This document shows positions 44,718 to 54,353 of a stretch of 64,000 nt of DNA, piece after piece. The position numbers and the translations under genes were made by a program. The stretch's first letter is position 1, and every line of letters starts with the position of its first letter. This DNA comes from an uncultured Solirubrobacterales bacterium (lineage in GTDB: Bacteria > Actinomycetota > Thermoleophilia > Solirubrobacterales > Solirubrobacteraceae), in contig CAVRYX010000001.1 in assembly GCA_963725535.1 (NCBI GenBank), positions 75,540 to 139,539 of the forward strand. Direction: 5' to 3'. The notes beneath the pieces were generated by a model. The model saw only the letters and a program-made list of their open reading frames with translations. It was not told the origin of the DNA and made no database searches.

Positions 44718-46902
44718 CCGTCAGAAGATCACCGAGACGCATCTGCGTCGGCGCGCGGTCGTCTATGTGCGCCAGTCGACGGTCACACAGTTGGAGCGCA
44801 ACCATGAGTCGCGGGCGCGTCAGTACGCGTTGCGTGAGCGCGCAGTCGAGCTCGGGTGGCTGGCTGGGTCGGTCACGGTCGTTGATGAGGATCTCGGTCG
44901 TTCGGGTGCCTCGACAGAGGGGCGGGTCGGCTTTAAGGATCTCGTCGCGGAGGTCGGACTCGGCCAGGTCGGGCTCGTGTTAGCGCTCGAGGTTTCGCGT
45001 TTCGCTCGCCGCTCAGCTGACTGGCATCAGCTGCTCGATCTGTGCGCGCTGACCGGCACGCTGATCGCTGACCAGGACGGGATCTACTCGCCGAGTGACT
45101 TCAACGACCGTTTGCTGCTGGGGTTGAAGGGCACGATGAGCGAGGCGGAGCTTCACTTGATCCGCGCACGGCTGAACGGCGGGCTGCGCAACAAGGCAGA
45201 GCGCGGCGAGCTTGAGCAGAACCTTCCGGTTGGCCTTGACCGCGAGGAGGACGGCGGGATCGTACTCGCCGCGGATGAGCAGGTACGTCACGCGATTGCC
45301 CGGGTGTTTGAGCTGTGGCGGCGCGTCGGCTCGGCACGGCAGGTCGTTGTTTGCTTGATCGAGGAGGCGCAGCGGCTGCCGCGGCGCACGGTCGGCTCGC
45401 GGAGGGTGCGCTGGGCGCCAGCGAATTATCCCGCAGTGCATGATTTTCTCACCAATCCGGCGTATGCGGGGGCGTTTGTGTTCGGCCGTACCCACCAGCA
45501 GAAGTCACTGGACGAGCACGGCCAGGTGCGCTGCCGTACCGTGGAGCTGCCGGTCGAGCAGTGGTCCGTCTGCCTGCCCGAGCACCATCCAGGCTATGTC
45601 AATTGGGATGAGTACCTGGCCACCCGTGCGCGGCTGCGAGCGAACGTGAGACCACGCGGGCAGGGCGGTGGCGCCGCGAGGGAGGGCGGCGGGCTGCTGC
45701 AGGGCATCCTGCGCTGCGGTCGCTGCGGTCGGCGGATGCAGGTCACCTACTCAGGTAACGATGGCCGCACGCCTCGTTATGCGTGTGTGCGCGCCAACAA
45801 CTTCCACGGCGGGCAACGCTGCCAGTCCCTCGGCGGACTACGGCTCGAGAAGGCGATCGCCGCCGCGTTCCTGGAGGCGATCACACCCGCCGGCGTGTGC
45901 GCGTGCGCCGAGGCGATCGGTGAGATCGAGCGCCAACACGAGGAGCGCCTCGCCGGCCAGCGACTCGCGCTCGAGCGCGCGCAGTTCGAGGCCGGCCGCG
46001 CGCGCCGCAAGTTCGACGCGTGCGAGCCGGAGAACCGCCTCGTCGGCCGCACGCTGGAGCGGACGCTGGAGGAAGCCCTCGGCGAGTCCGAGCGTGAGCA
46101 GCGCAAGCTCGCCGAACTCGAACACCGCCGGCCAGAGCCGCTCACGAGCACCGAGCGTCAAGCACTCACGCGCCTGGGCCGCGAACTCCCACGACTATGG
46201 ACGGCCGAGACGACAACCCCGCGTGATCGCAAGGAACTGCTGCGGACCCTCATCAGCGAGATCATCGTCACCGTGAGAGAGGACCCCCGGCGCGCTGAGA
46301 TCGAGATCGTCTGGGAGGGCGGCGCCCATACCGAGCTGCTGGTCCCGCTCATTCGCCGCGGCCCCGAGACGACGCGCACCAGCGAGGACACGATCGAGCT
46401 GATCCGCCAGCTCGCCGCGCACCACCCCGACCACCAGATCGCCGCGATCCTGAACAAGCAGGGACGCCTGACCGGCACCGGCCTGCCGTTCACCGAGCCA
46501 CGCGTCAAGCGCGCTCGAAAACAGCACCAGATCCCCGCGGCGCCACCACCAGACCCCGACAGCGGCATCTTCTCGATCGCCCAAGCAGCCGACGAGCTCG
46601 GCGTCGCGCACACCACGATCTACCGGTGGCTGCAGGCCGGGCTGCTACCCGGCGAGCAGACGACCCCGCACGCCCCCTGGAGGATCCGGCTCACCAACGA
46701 GATCCGCGCCCGGTTCGTGCCCGACGTGCCCGACGACTATGTGCCGCTCGCCGAGGCCGCCAAACGCCTCGGGGTCGCCCGCCAGACCGTTTTGCACAAG
46801 GTCCAACGCGGCGAGCTTCACGCCATCCAGGTCACAACCGGACGACGAAAGGGCCTGAGAATCCACGTCAACGGCGCCACGACTGGACTATTTGACCAAT
46901 GA
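44710..46902 (+). CDS. large serine recombinase (resolvase domain + recombinase domain + zinc ribbon + coiled coil + two C-terminal HTH)
   Basis: AVVYVRQSTVTQ (catalytic Ser region), LEVSRFARRSADWHQLLDLC, CGRCGRRMQV...YACV, and HTH motifs IAQAADELGVAHTTIYRWLQAG and LAEAAKRLGVARQTVLHKVQRG. Confidence 0.9.
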   Translation: MSDRQKITETHLRRRAVVYVRQSTVTQLERNHESRARQYALRERAVELGWLAGSVTVVDEDLGRSGASTEGRVGFKDLVAEVGLGQVGLVLALEVSRFARRSADWHQLLDLCALTGTLIADQDGIYSPSDFNDRLLLGLKGTMSEAELHLIRARLNGGLRNKAERGELEQNLPVGLDREEDGGIVLAADEQVRHAIARVFELWRRVGSARQVVVCLIEEAQRLPRRTVGSRRVRWAPANYPAVHDFLTNPAYAGAFVFGRTHQQKSLDEHGQVRCRTVELPVEQWSVCLPEHHPGYVNWDEYLATRARLRANVRPRGQGGGAAREGGGLLQGILRCGRCGRRMQVTYSGNDGRTPRYACVRANNFHGGQRCQSLGGLRLEKAIAAAFLEAITPAGVCACAEAIGEIERQHEERLAGQRLALERAQFEAGRARRKFDACEPENRLVGRTLERTLEEALGESEREQRKLAELEHRRPEPLTSTERQALTRLGRELPRLWTAETTTPRDRKELLRTLISEIIVTVREDPRRAEIEIVWEGGAHTELLVPLIRRGPETTRTSEDTIELIRQLAAHHPDHQIAAILNKQGRLTGTGLPFTEPRVKRARKQHQIPAAPPPDPDSGIFSIAQAADELGVAHTTIYRWLQAGLLPGEQTTPHAPWRIRLTNEIRARFVPDVPDDYVPLAEAAKRLGVARQTVLHKVQRGELHAIQVTTGRRKGLRIHVNGATTGLFDQ

Positions 46903-46931
46903 CGATCACGAGGAGGGCAGTATGAACCAGG

Positions 46932-47595
46932 ACCGCTGGTGCTCGGCGATCACGCGTACGGTGAGAACACCAGGCTGCGAGACCGTCTCGATCAGGCCGG
47001 GTGCGAGTATGTGCTGTCGGTTGGACCGACCACGAAGGTGTTCGAGCACGGCACCGCCTTTGCGGTGCCAACCCCAAAGGGCAACGACGGTCGCGTGCCG
47101 TTCAGGCCGCGGCCGGACCGCAAGCCTGAGCCAATCGGCGATCTGATCGGCGGGCTCGGAGCAGACACCGCCCAGACGGTCGCCTTCCGCGACGGACCCG
47201 ACGGCGAACCGGTCTCCTCCAGGTTCATCTTCGCGCGCGTTTACGCCGCTCACGGCTGGCGCGACGATCAGCACCGCAGCGGATGGCGCGAGGGCGCCGA
47301 GGTTTCCCCGCGCGAGGAGTGGCTGATCGCTGAATGGCCCGAGGGCGAGAACGGACCGACCGACTACTGGATCTCAAACCTCCCCGCCGACACCCCGCTC
47401 GAGCGGCTCGCGCGGCTCGCCAGGATGCGCTGGAAGATCGAGCTCGACTACAAACAACTCAAGGGCGAGCTCGGCCTCGACCACTACGAGGGCCGCTCAT
47501 GGCTCGGGTGGTATCACCACACCGCGCTGGTGACCGCCGCTCACGGATTCCTGACCCTGGAGCGGCAGTACCCAAATCACCCACGGCCGGCCTGA
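46932..47595 (+). pseudogene. IS701-family transposase, C-terminal part
   Basis: VLGDHAYGENTRLRDRLDQAGCEYVLSV...RMRWKIELDYKQLKGELGLDHYEGRSWLGWYHHTAL. Confidence 0.8.
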
Positions 47596-47719
47596 CCCTC
47601 CCTCAGGCAATCCTCCTGCTCCAGCCGCTGTTCAAGTGCTGGACCGGTCGCTGCCAAACCTGCTCCCAGCCCGTCGAACTCGACCGGCTCACCCTCAACA
47701 ACCCACCCCGACAAGATGA

Positions 47720-48169
47720 GTGAACCTAACAAAGCACTACAAGGCGCGCTGGTGGAAGACCTTCGATGAGGCCCGCTCCCCGGGCGAGGCCCGCCGGGAA
47801 CTGCAGGGCATCATCGAGGACTACAAGGCCGCGTACCCCTCCGCGATGGCCGTCATCGAGAACGACCTGCCCGCGCTGATCACCCATCTGCGGTTCCCCT
47901 CCCAGCACCGCAAGCGGATCAGGACCACGAACCTGCTGGAGAGAACGTTCGTGGAGGTCCGCCGACGTACCAAGGTGATCGGACGGTTCCCCGGAGAGAC
48001 CTCCGCCCTGTCACTCATCTGGGCCGTCCTGGAGCTCACAAGCCGCGGCTGGCGCGGCGTGAAGATGAACCCCAAGACCCTCGCCGAGATAGAGCGCCTA
48101 CGCCGCGAGCTGCGCACCACACCCGCACAACCCCCGGCCGAGAGCACCCAGGAGGTGATCGCCGCATAA
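47720..48169 (+). pseudogene. IS256-family transposase, C-terminal part
   Basis: Homologous part starts after CAAG at 47744 (ARWWKTF...). LRFPSQHRKRIRTTNLLERTFVEVRRRTKVIGRFP is the conserved IS256 C-terminal motif. Confidence 0.85.
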
Positions 48170-48226
48170 CATCCCACCCCAGCGGGGGCTACACCCAGCC
48201 AATTCCCCCGGCACCTGGGACGCGAC

Positions 48227-48354
48227 CGCTTCTCGTCTCCGCCCTGGCAACTATCGAGCGTCATCACGTCCTCAAGCTCGTTGAGCGCCAAGACCAGCGA
48301 CGCTATGCCCTCATCGACCCAGGCCGTGACCTTGACGGGAACCTCGTGATGCAT
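48227..48354 (-). pseudogene. 5' fragment of an unknown small gene truncated by the IS256-like element
   Basis: GGAGG, 7 nt, then ATG 48352-48354; MHHEVPVKVTAWVDEGIASLVLALNELEDVMTLDSCQGGDEK, after which the frame enters the IS end. Confidence 0.4.
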
Positions 48355-48520
48355 GATTGACCTCCGCTGTACATCTGCCCGGTCCGCCGCGTGCTCAAAC
48401 TGACCCACTACCTCCAAACGCTCGATAATGGATGTTATGTAAACCTATAAGGGTGATGGAGTCGGCACCTCGCCCTCCAAGCATTCGGCCGGCGGGTACC
48501 GTCCTCCCGGCCGGAGCGGC

Positions 48521-49072
48521 TCAGCCCAGTTCGTAGACCAACGCGATCTGCGTCGAGAGTATGCACGGCGGTTCTGCCTCGGACTTCTTGGCTGAGTGTC
48601 GCCTGTGATGCTTGACGGGCGGTTTCGCGGCGGGTGTCTTGTGGACGGTTGGGGTTGCCCGGCCCGCAGCCACGGGCGGACTTGCGACCCCAACCAGCTC
48701 ACCGATGGCGGAGCCGAAGTCGGGCTGGGCGCCCTGGTATTCATCGTTTTCGGGGCACTGGATGTCGCCGCCGCCTTCGCCGATGCTGTGCACCTGCCCG
48801 AGCGTGGTGCCCGCCTTTTCGGCGAGGAACTGGGCCTTGGCCTGGCCGTCGGTGATCGCGGCGGCCATTGCCTGGCGATAGACCGTGGTCGCCGCTTCGG
48901 CGCTCGCCGCCGAGTCGATTGGCTCGTTCGCGACACCCTGGACGCTCACGGTGCGCACCGGCGCGCTCGCCGGCGGCGTCGGGGTCGTTTCGGCTCCTGC
49001 CGTCATCACGATCACCCCTCCGGCCACCAGAACGGTTGCCGCCAAGCCCGCTACTACGAACGCGATCCTCAT
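48521..49072 (-). CDS. SIMPL/DUF541-like secreted protein
   Basis: MRIAFVVAGLAATVLVAGGVIV signal/anchor. VSVQGVANEPIDSAASAEAATTVYRQAMAAAITDGQAKAQFLAEKAG matches the SIMPL pattern. GGAGA upstream. Confidence 0.65.
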   Translation of the reverse strand: MRIAFVVAGLAATVLVAGGVIVMTAGAETTPTPPASAPVRTVSVQGVANEPIDSAASAEAATTVYRQAMAAAITDGQAKAQFLAEKAGTTLGQVHSIGEGGGDIQCPENDEYQGAQPDFGSAIGELVGVASPPVAAGRATPTVHKTPAAKPPVKHHRRHSAKKSEAEPPCILSTQIALVYELG

Positions 49073-49153
49073 AGGGTCTCCCTGCCGCGGTTTGTTCTGC
49101 CGCACACAGCGTAGCGCCACGCCAAGCGGCCGCGTCGCACTGCGCTGTGTGGC

Positions 49154-50302
<1,149 letters not shown>

Positions 50303-50388
50303 TGCCCGGACACTACGCCCTCTGGGCCTGGCTCTGAACCCACCGTCTCGTGCGGTCGTTCTCGCTGCGCCGTAGTAGCATCGGATCG

Positions 50389-50733
50389 ATGCACGGGTGG
50401 ATCTGGTTGGTGCTCCTGGCGTTCGGGTTGATCAAACTCCCGATCGCGGCACTCATGCTCTGGATCCCCTTTCGATCTGACGCCGCGGTCTCGTCGCTTC
50501 CGCTCTACGACGCCGGCGAGTCAGACCAGGAGGACGAAGGAGGCAGCAAAGTTGTTCTCCCCGGCGGAGTGGATGGTCCTCGGGTGAGCCCTCACCCCCA
50601 CCCGCGTACGCCGCTCGGCGGCCGCGGGCCCCGTCGCGGACCTCACGGTGGCGCGGCGGGTGGACGGCCCGCATCGCCGGCGCGGGTTCGTGGCGCGCGT
50701 CGCCGCGCCACACGCGTCAGGGCTCGCCAGTAA
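50389..50733 (+). CDS. hypothetical small membrane protein
   Basis: MHGWIWLVLLAFGLIKLPIAALMLWIPF followed by an acidic then a basic tail. Weak support. Confidence 0.35.
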   Translation: MHGWIWLVLLAFGLIKLPIAALMLWIPFRSDAAVSSLPLYDAGESDQEDEGGSKVVLPGGVDGPRVSPHPHPRTPLGGRGPRRGPHGGAAGGRPASPARVRGARRRATRVRARQ

Positions 50734-50774
50734 AGGCCCAGTAACGCGGAGCTCTGTTCCTCTGAGCTCTGTTC

Positions 50775-51335
50775 CTATCTCTTGCGGTGGCGCTTGCGCT
50801 GGAGCCGCGCCGCCTTGGCTCGCGCGCGGCGCTTGCGCAGACGTCCCTCCGGGTTGCGCGTGCCGCCGGTCGCCAGGCCCTCTGTCACCGGCGCGACCGA
50901 ACGCGCGTCGCGCAGGATCATGTACGCGATCCCCACCAGCAGTGCGCCGCCCGCGATCAGTGCCAGGATCTCCGATGTGTTCGTCCCCGAGCTCGATTCC
51001 TGCGTACTCGTGCTGGTGTTCGCAGTCGTCGTCGTTTTTTTCGCAGCCGCCACCTGCGAAGGGAGGATCGCGCCCTTCGGGGCGGTGGCTGTCGAGGCTT
51101 TTCGCACGCCCGCAGCTCGCGCCGCCGTCTTGCCTGCGCTCGACGCCGACGTCGGAGACGTGCTTGCCGCCTTGCCCGCGCCACTCGCCTGTTTTGCCGC
51201 CGACGGAGCGGCCGGCGCGGCCGGCGCGAACGGGTTGGCCGCTTCGCTCGCTGCAGCCACGGCAACGGGCACCATGAGCAGGAGCGCCACTGTCAGCGCC
51301 GCAATCCGACTCACCTTGATCTGAAGTGGACGCAT
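50775..51335 (-). CDS. secreted/anchored Ala/Ser/Thr-rich protein with C-terminal TM and basic tail
   Basis: Signal peptide IAALTVALLLMVPVAVAAA; C-terminal helix ILALIAGGALLVGIAYMIL; GAGGAAA upstream. Confidence 0.5.
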   Translation of the reverse strand: MRPLQIKVSRIAALTVALLLMVPVAVAAASEAANPFAPAAPAAPSAAKQASGAGKAASTSPTSASSAGKTAARAAGVRKASTATAPKGAILPSQVAAAKKTTTTANTSTSTQESSSGTNTSEILALIAGGALLVGIAYMILRDARSVAPVTEGLATGGTRNPEGRLRKRRARAKAARLQRKRHRKR

Positions 51336-51354
51336 CGAGTCGTTTCCTCGCCGC

Positions 51355-51550
51355 GAGCATAGCGCTCAGAACGTGTTTTGAAGTAGGAGGTGCGACCGGG
51401 ACGTTCCTGGACCAAGCTGGGCGACGCAGGGCGGCGAAGCTCATGCTGGTGGCACGTGCGAGCCGTCATGTGGCGATCCAGCGCAGTGTCCAGGGATGTA
51501 TCCGGGCGTGCCGGTCTCTTCAAAACACGTTCTCAGACCGTAGAATGCTC
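51355..51550 (+). repeat. family-3 ~170-195-bp repeat with long terminal inverted arms, copy A
   Basis: Arms GAGCAT..CTCAGAACGTGTTTTGAAG / CTTCAAAACACGTTCTCAG..ATGCTC. Fills the entire divergent intergenic region between starts at 51335 (-) and 51556 (+). Confidence 0.85.
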
Positions 51551-51555
51551 AACCG

Positions 51556-51966
51556 ATGCCCCCCAAGCAGCGTCAGATCAAGATCGAACAGCGCGGCGCC
51601 ATGGAGGCGATCCAGGCGCTCGAGCAGCGCACCGACGAGGAGCTCGAGGCCGAGACCAAGTTCAAGTCGGCCGCCCTCTCGATCCTCGGAGCCCGTGCGG
51701 CCGAGCGCTTTGACGCCGATCAGGCCCGCGCCTACTTCCAGCGCTCGATCGCGGCCGCCCGCCCCCAGGAGCGCATGCAGATCCGGCGCATGGCCGACGC
51801 CTCGCTCGCGCTCGCCGAGCGCCGCCCCGGCGATCTGCGCGAGGCCGTGCAGCGGCTCGGTCAGGAGCCCCCGTCCGGCCGGCAGATGCTCGCGCTGCGC
51901 GCGATGGGGCTGCTGATTCCCCAGCCTCGGCTGGCATCCTCGCGCGCGTGCGCGGCATTCTTCTGA
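51556..51966 (+). CDS. hypothetical helical protein
   Basis: 136-aa ORF, charged/helical (EELEAETKFKSAALSILGARAAERFDADQARAYFQRSIAAA). Overlaps the next ORF by 19 nt. Confidence 0.5.
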   Translation: MPPKQRQIKIEQRGAMEAIQALEQRTDEELEAETKFKSAALSILGARAAERFDADQARAYFQRSIAAARPQERMQIRRMADASLALAERRPGDLREAVQRLGQEPPSGRQMLALRAMGLLIPQPRLASSRACAAFF

Positions 51967-52169
51967 TCGTCCTGTTGGTGATCGTCCTGCTCGCCCTTGG
52001 CCTCGGCGTGGTCGAGCTGATCTCGCTCCCCTTCGGCGGCCTCGGCCTCGCCCCCGGCGTTCTGCTCGGGCTGTTCCTCGTGATCGCTGTGCTCGCCGTC
52101 GTCGCGCTCATCGGGCGCCGCCGGCGCGACCGCGCTCGTGAGGCCGCGCGCGGGGCGCCGCCCGGCTGA
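51948..52169 (+). CDS. hypothetical two-TM membrane protein
   Basis: GILLIVLLVIVLLALGLGVV and GVLLGLFLVIAVLAVVALIG. May be fused to the preceding ORF by a frameshift. Confidence 0.45.
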   Translation: MRGILLIVLLVIVLLALGLGVVELISLPFGGLGLAPGVLLGLFLVIAVLAVVALIGRRRRDRAREAARGAPPG

Positions 52170-52170
52170 C

Positions 52171-52303
52171 GGGGCCTCTCCGGATAGTGGTGTGCGGCTG
52201 GGGCGGTCGAGGGTCGAGCGAGGCGCGGACGCAAGGCCGAAGGCGTGGTGGGCCCACGTCGAGGCCGCGGTGACGGGTCCCGGAGGGGTAAGGCCATCGG
52301 CCG
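52171..52303 (+). repeat. family-1 structured repeat, copy C (diverged left end, right end truncated)
   Basis: Core GTGCGGCTGGGGCGGTCGAGGGTCGAGCGAGGCGCGGACGCAAGGCCGAAGGCGTGGTGGGCCCACG... is near-identical to copies B and D. Confidence 0.8.
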
Positions 52304-52311
52304 CCCCAAGC

Positions 52312-53010
52312 TCAGCTTTCCGAGAGGCTCGCCCTGCTGATCACAACTGGATGAATCGGCTCCCCGTCCTGCGGCGGAATCGTCGGGAGCGCGGCGATCG
52401 CGTTCACCCCCGCCATCGTCCCCACCACTTTTCCCACCAGTGCGTACTGCGGTGGCAGTTCCGCTTCCTGCTCGGTGACGATGAAGAACTGGCTCCCCGA
52501 CGCTCCCGCTGGGTCGGTGCCCGTCTTTGCCATCGCCACCGTCCCGCGCGTGTAGCGCAGGTTCGCCGGGGGGCGCTCGACGATCGTGTAGCCCGGTCCC
52601 CCCGAGCCGTCGCCGTTGGGGTCTCCCCCCTGGATCACGAAGTTAGCGGCCACCCGGTGGAAGGTGAGATCGTTGTAGAAGCCGCGCTTCACCAGGTAGG
52701 CGAACGACGATGTCGTCCTCGGCGCCTGCTTCACGTCCAGCTGGATCGCGATCTGTCCGCAGTTCGTCCTCAGCGCCACCACGTAGCGCTTCGCCGGGCT
52801 CAGCCTCTGCGTCGGCGGCGGCACGTGCTGTGCCCCCTTCGGCACCGGCGCGCTCACGCGCCGGCAGGCTTCGTGCGAACCGCCCGAGGAGGTGGAGGCC
52901 ACGTCGCTGCTCGAGTTCGCCGAAGCACTCGCGTGGCTCGAGCTCGTGCCGCACGCCGCCAGTCCGAGCGCGATCGGGGAGACCGCTGCGATGGGACCGA
53001 CAATGCGCAT
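52312..53010 (-). CDS. cyclophilin-type peptidyl-prolyl cis-trans isomerase lipoprotein
   Basis: Lipobox LGLAAC; FHRVAANFVIQGGDP.GDGSGGPGY; GTVAMAKTG.DPAGASGSQFFI. Start at MRIVGPIAAV (ATG 53008-53010). Confidence 0.9.
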   Translation of the reverse strand: MRIVGPIAAVSPIALGLAACGTSSSHASASANSSSDVASTSSGGSHEACRRVSAPVPKGAQHVPPPTQRLSPAKRYVVALRTNCGQIAIQLDVKQAPRTTSSFAYLVKRGFYNDLTFHRVAANFVIQGGDPNGDGSGGPGYTIVERPPANLRYTRGTVAMAKTGTDPAGASGSQFFIVTEQEAELPPQYALVGKVVGTMAGVNAIAALPTIPPQDGEPIHPVVISRASLSES

Positions 53011-53028
53011 GGCTCTAGCAATGCGTGA

Positions 53029-53193
53029 GGACGTGTTTTGAAACAGGCGGTGTGTCCGGGGCGTTCCTGGACCAAGCTGGGCGACACGGGACGGTGAAGC
53101 TCGTGCTGGTGGCACGGGCAAGCCGGCACGTGGCGATCCAGCGCGGTGTACCAGGGGCGCATCCGGACGTGCCGATCGTTTCAAAACACGTCC
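53029..53193 (+). repeat. family-3 repeat, copy B
   Basis: Arms GGACGTGTTTTGAAA / TTTCAAAACACGTCC, same orientation as copy A. Again sits in a divergent intergenic region (starts at 53010 - and about 53301 +). Confidence 0.85.
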
Positions 53194-53300
53194 CAAGGCT
53201 CGAGGTCGGGCGACGAGCATTTCGCCAGCTTAGACGCGAGATCCCTCACAAATGCGCGCTCTTCGCGCGATCTTAAGAAACTCTTATCCGGGGGTCTGCA

Positions 53301-54353
53301 TTGGAACTGTCACACCTCGACCCACAGCTCGCGACCCGCTCCGGCGCCACCGCGCACGGTGGGGCGGGGCCCACTCAATACGCTAGCGCGGTGTCCGCTC
53401 CCATCTGCCTGATCGTCAACCCCGCCGCGGGAGGTGGGCGCGCGGGGCGCGCCGCGCCTGCGGTAATGGACGCGCTGCGCGGGCACGGGCTCGAGGTGCG
53501 GCGTGCCGACACCCGCGACCTCCCCCACGCCCGCGAGTTGGCGCTCGAGGCCGCGCGCACCGGTGAGACCGCTGTGACGCTCGGCGGCGACGGGCTCGCA
53601 GGCGCTGTCGCTGACGCGCTGCGCGATGTGCCCAGCGCGCTGCTGGGGGTGTTGCCCGGCGGGCGCGGCAACGACCTCGCGCGCGTGCTCGGCCTCCCCC
53701 GGGATCCGGTGGCCGCGTGCGCGGTGATCGCACACGGAGTGCCGCGGGCGCTCGACCTCGGTGTGGTCAGCGAGGCGCTCGGCGACGCGGGTGGCCGGGC
53801 GTTTGTCGGGATCGCCTCCGTCGGCTTCGACAGCGACGCCAACCGCATCGCCAACGAGGCTCCCGCGTGGCTCGGGGGGCTCGTGTACGTCTACGGGGCG
53901 CTGCGTGCCCTCTGGTCTTGGCATCCCGCTCGTTTTGAGATCGAGCTCGATCCGCCGGGCGCGCGCCACAGCTTCACCGCCTACACAATCGGAGCCTGCA
54001 ACTCGAAGACCTACGGCGGTGGAATGCGCGCGGCGCCGGACGCGCTGCTCGACGACGGCCTGCTCGATGTGGTGGTCCTCGAAAGCGTCCCCAAGCTCAC
54101 CTTCCTGCGCAAGATCCTGCCGAAGGTGTTCAGCGGGACGCACGTCCGCGAGCCCTGTGTGCACGTCTTCCGCGCGCGCGAGGTCCTCGTCAGCGCAGAC
54201 CGGCCGTTCGCCATGTACGCCGACGGCGACCCCATCGGCGAGCTGCCGGTGCGCGTGTGCGCCGTTCCCGGTGCCGTGCGGGTGCTGGTCCCCGTCGGCG
54301 TGCGCCCCGACTCTCCGTTCTCGAACCCCGCGCCTGAGCTGCCCGGCGCCTGA
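53301..54353 (+). CDS. diacylglycerol/lipid kinase family protein (YegS/DagK-like)
   Basis: LIVNPAAGGGRA, TLGGDGLAGAVADAL, LGVLPGGRGNDLARVLG. Start uncertain (could be near 53391). Confidence 0.8.
   Translation: MELSHLDPQLATRSGATAHGGAGPTQYASAVSAPICLIVNPAAGGGRAGRAAPAVMDALRGHGLEVRRADTRDLPHARELALEAARTGETAVTLGGDGLAGAVADALRDVPSALLGVLPGGRGNDLARVLGLPRDPVAACAVIAHGVPRALDLGVVSEALGDAGGRAFVGIASVGFDSDANRIANEAPAWLGGLVYVYGALRALWSWHPARFEIELDPPGARHSFTAYTIGACNSKTYGGGMRAAPDALLDDGLLDVVVLESVPKLTFLRKILPKVFSGTHVREPCVHVFRAREVLVSADRPFAMYADGDPIGELPVRVCAVPGAVRVLVPVGVRPDSPFSNPAPELPGA

Larger units (their letters stand above)
44241..46931 (+). mobile_element. ~2.7-kb large-serine-recombinase element inserted into the IS701 transposase gene
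   Basis: Joining 44240 to 46932 restores an open IS701 frame (...DVPKAPG-PLVLGDHAYG...). GG dinucleotide at both junctions. Cargo is only the recombinase and one or two small ORFs. Confidence 0.7.
43530..47739 (+). mobile_element. IS701-like insertion sequence inserted into the IS256 transposase gene
   Basis: IRs TAGTGCTTTGTTAG / CTAACAAAGCACTA, flanked by a 4-bp direct repeat CAAG (43526-29 and 47740-43). Removing the element plus one CAAG restores the IS256 frame ...HHQEIK-ARWWKTF... Confidence 0.8.
42590..48226 (+). mobile_element. IS256-family insertion sequence (outer shell of the nested element; ~1.43 kb without its inserts)
   Basis: Terminal IRs GGTCGCGTCCCGTGAGCCGGGGGAATTG... and GGTCGCGTCCCAGGTGCCGGGGGAATTG... 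(reverse complement). Split IS256-type transposase. No flanking target duplication seen. Confidence 0.85.
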
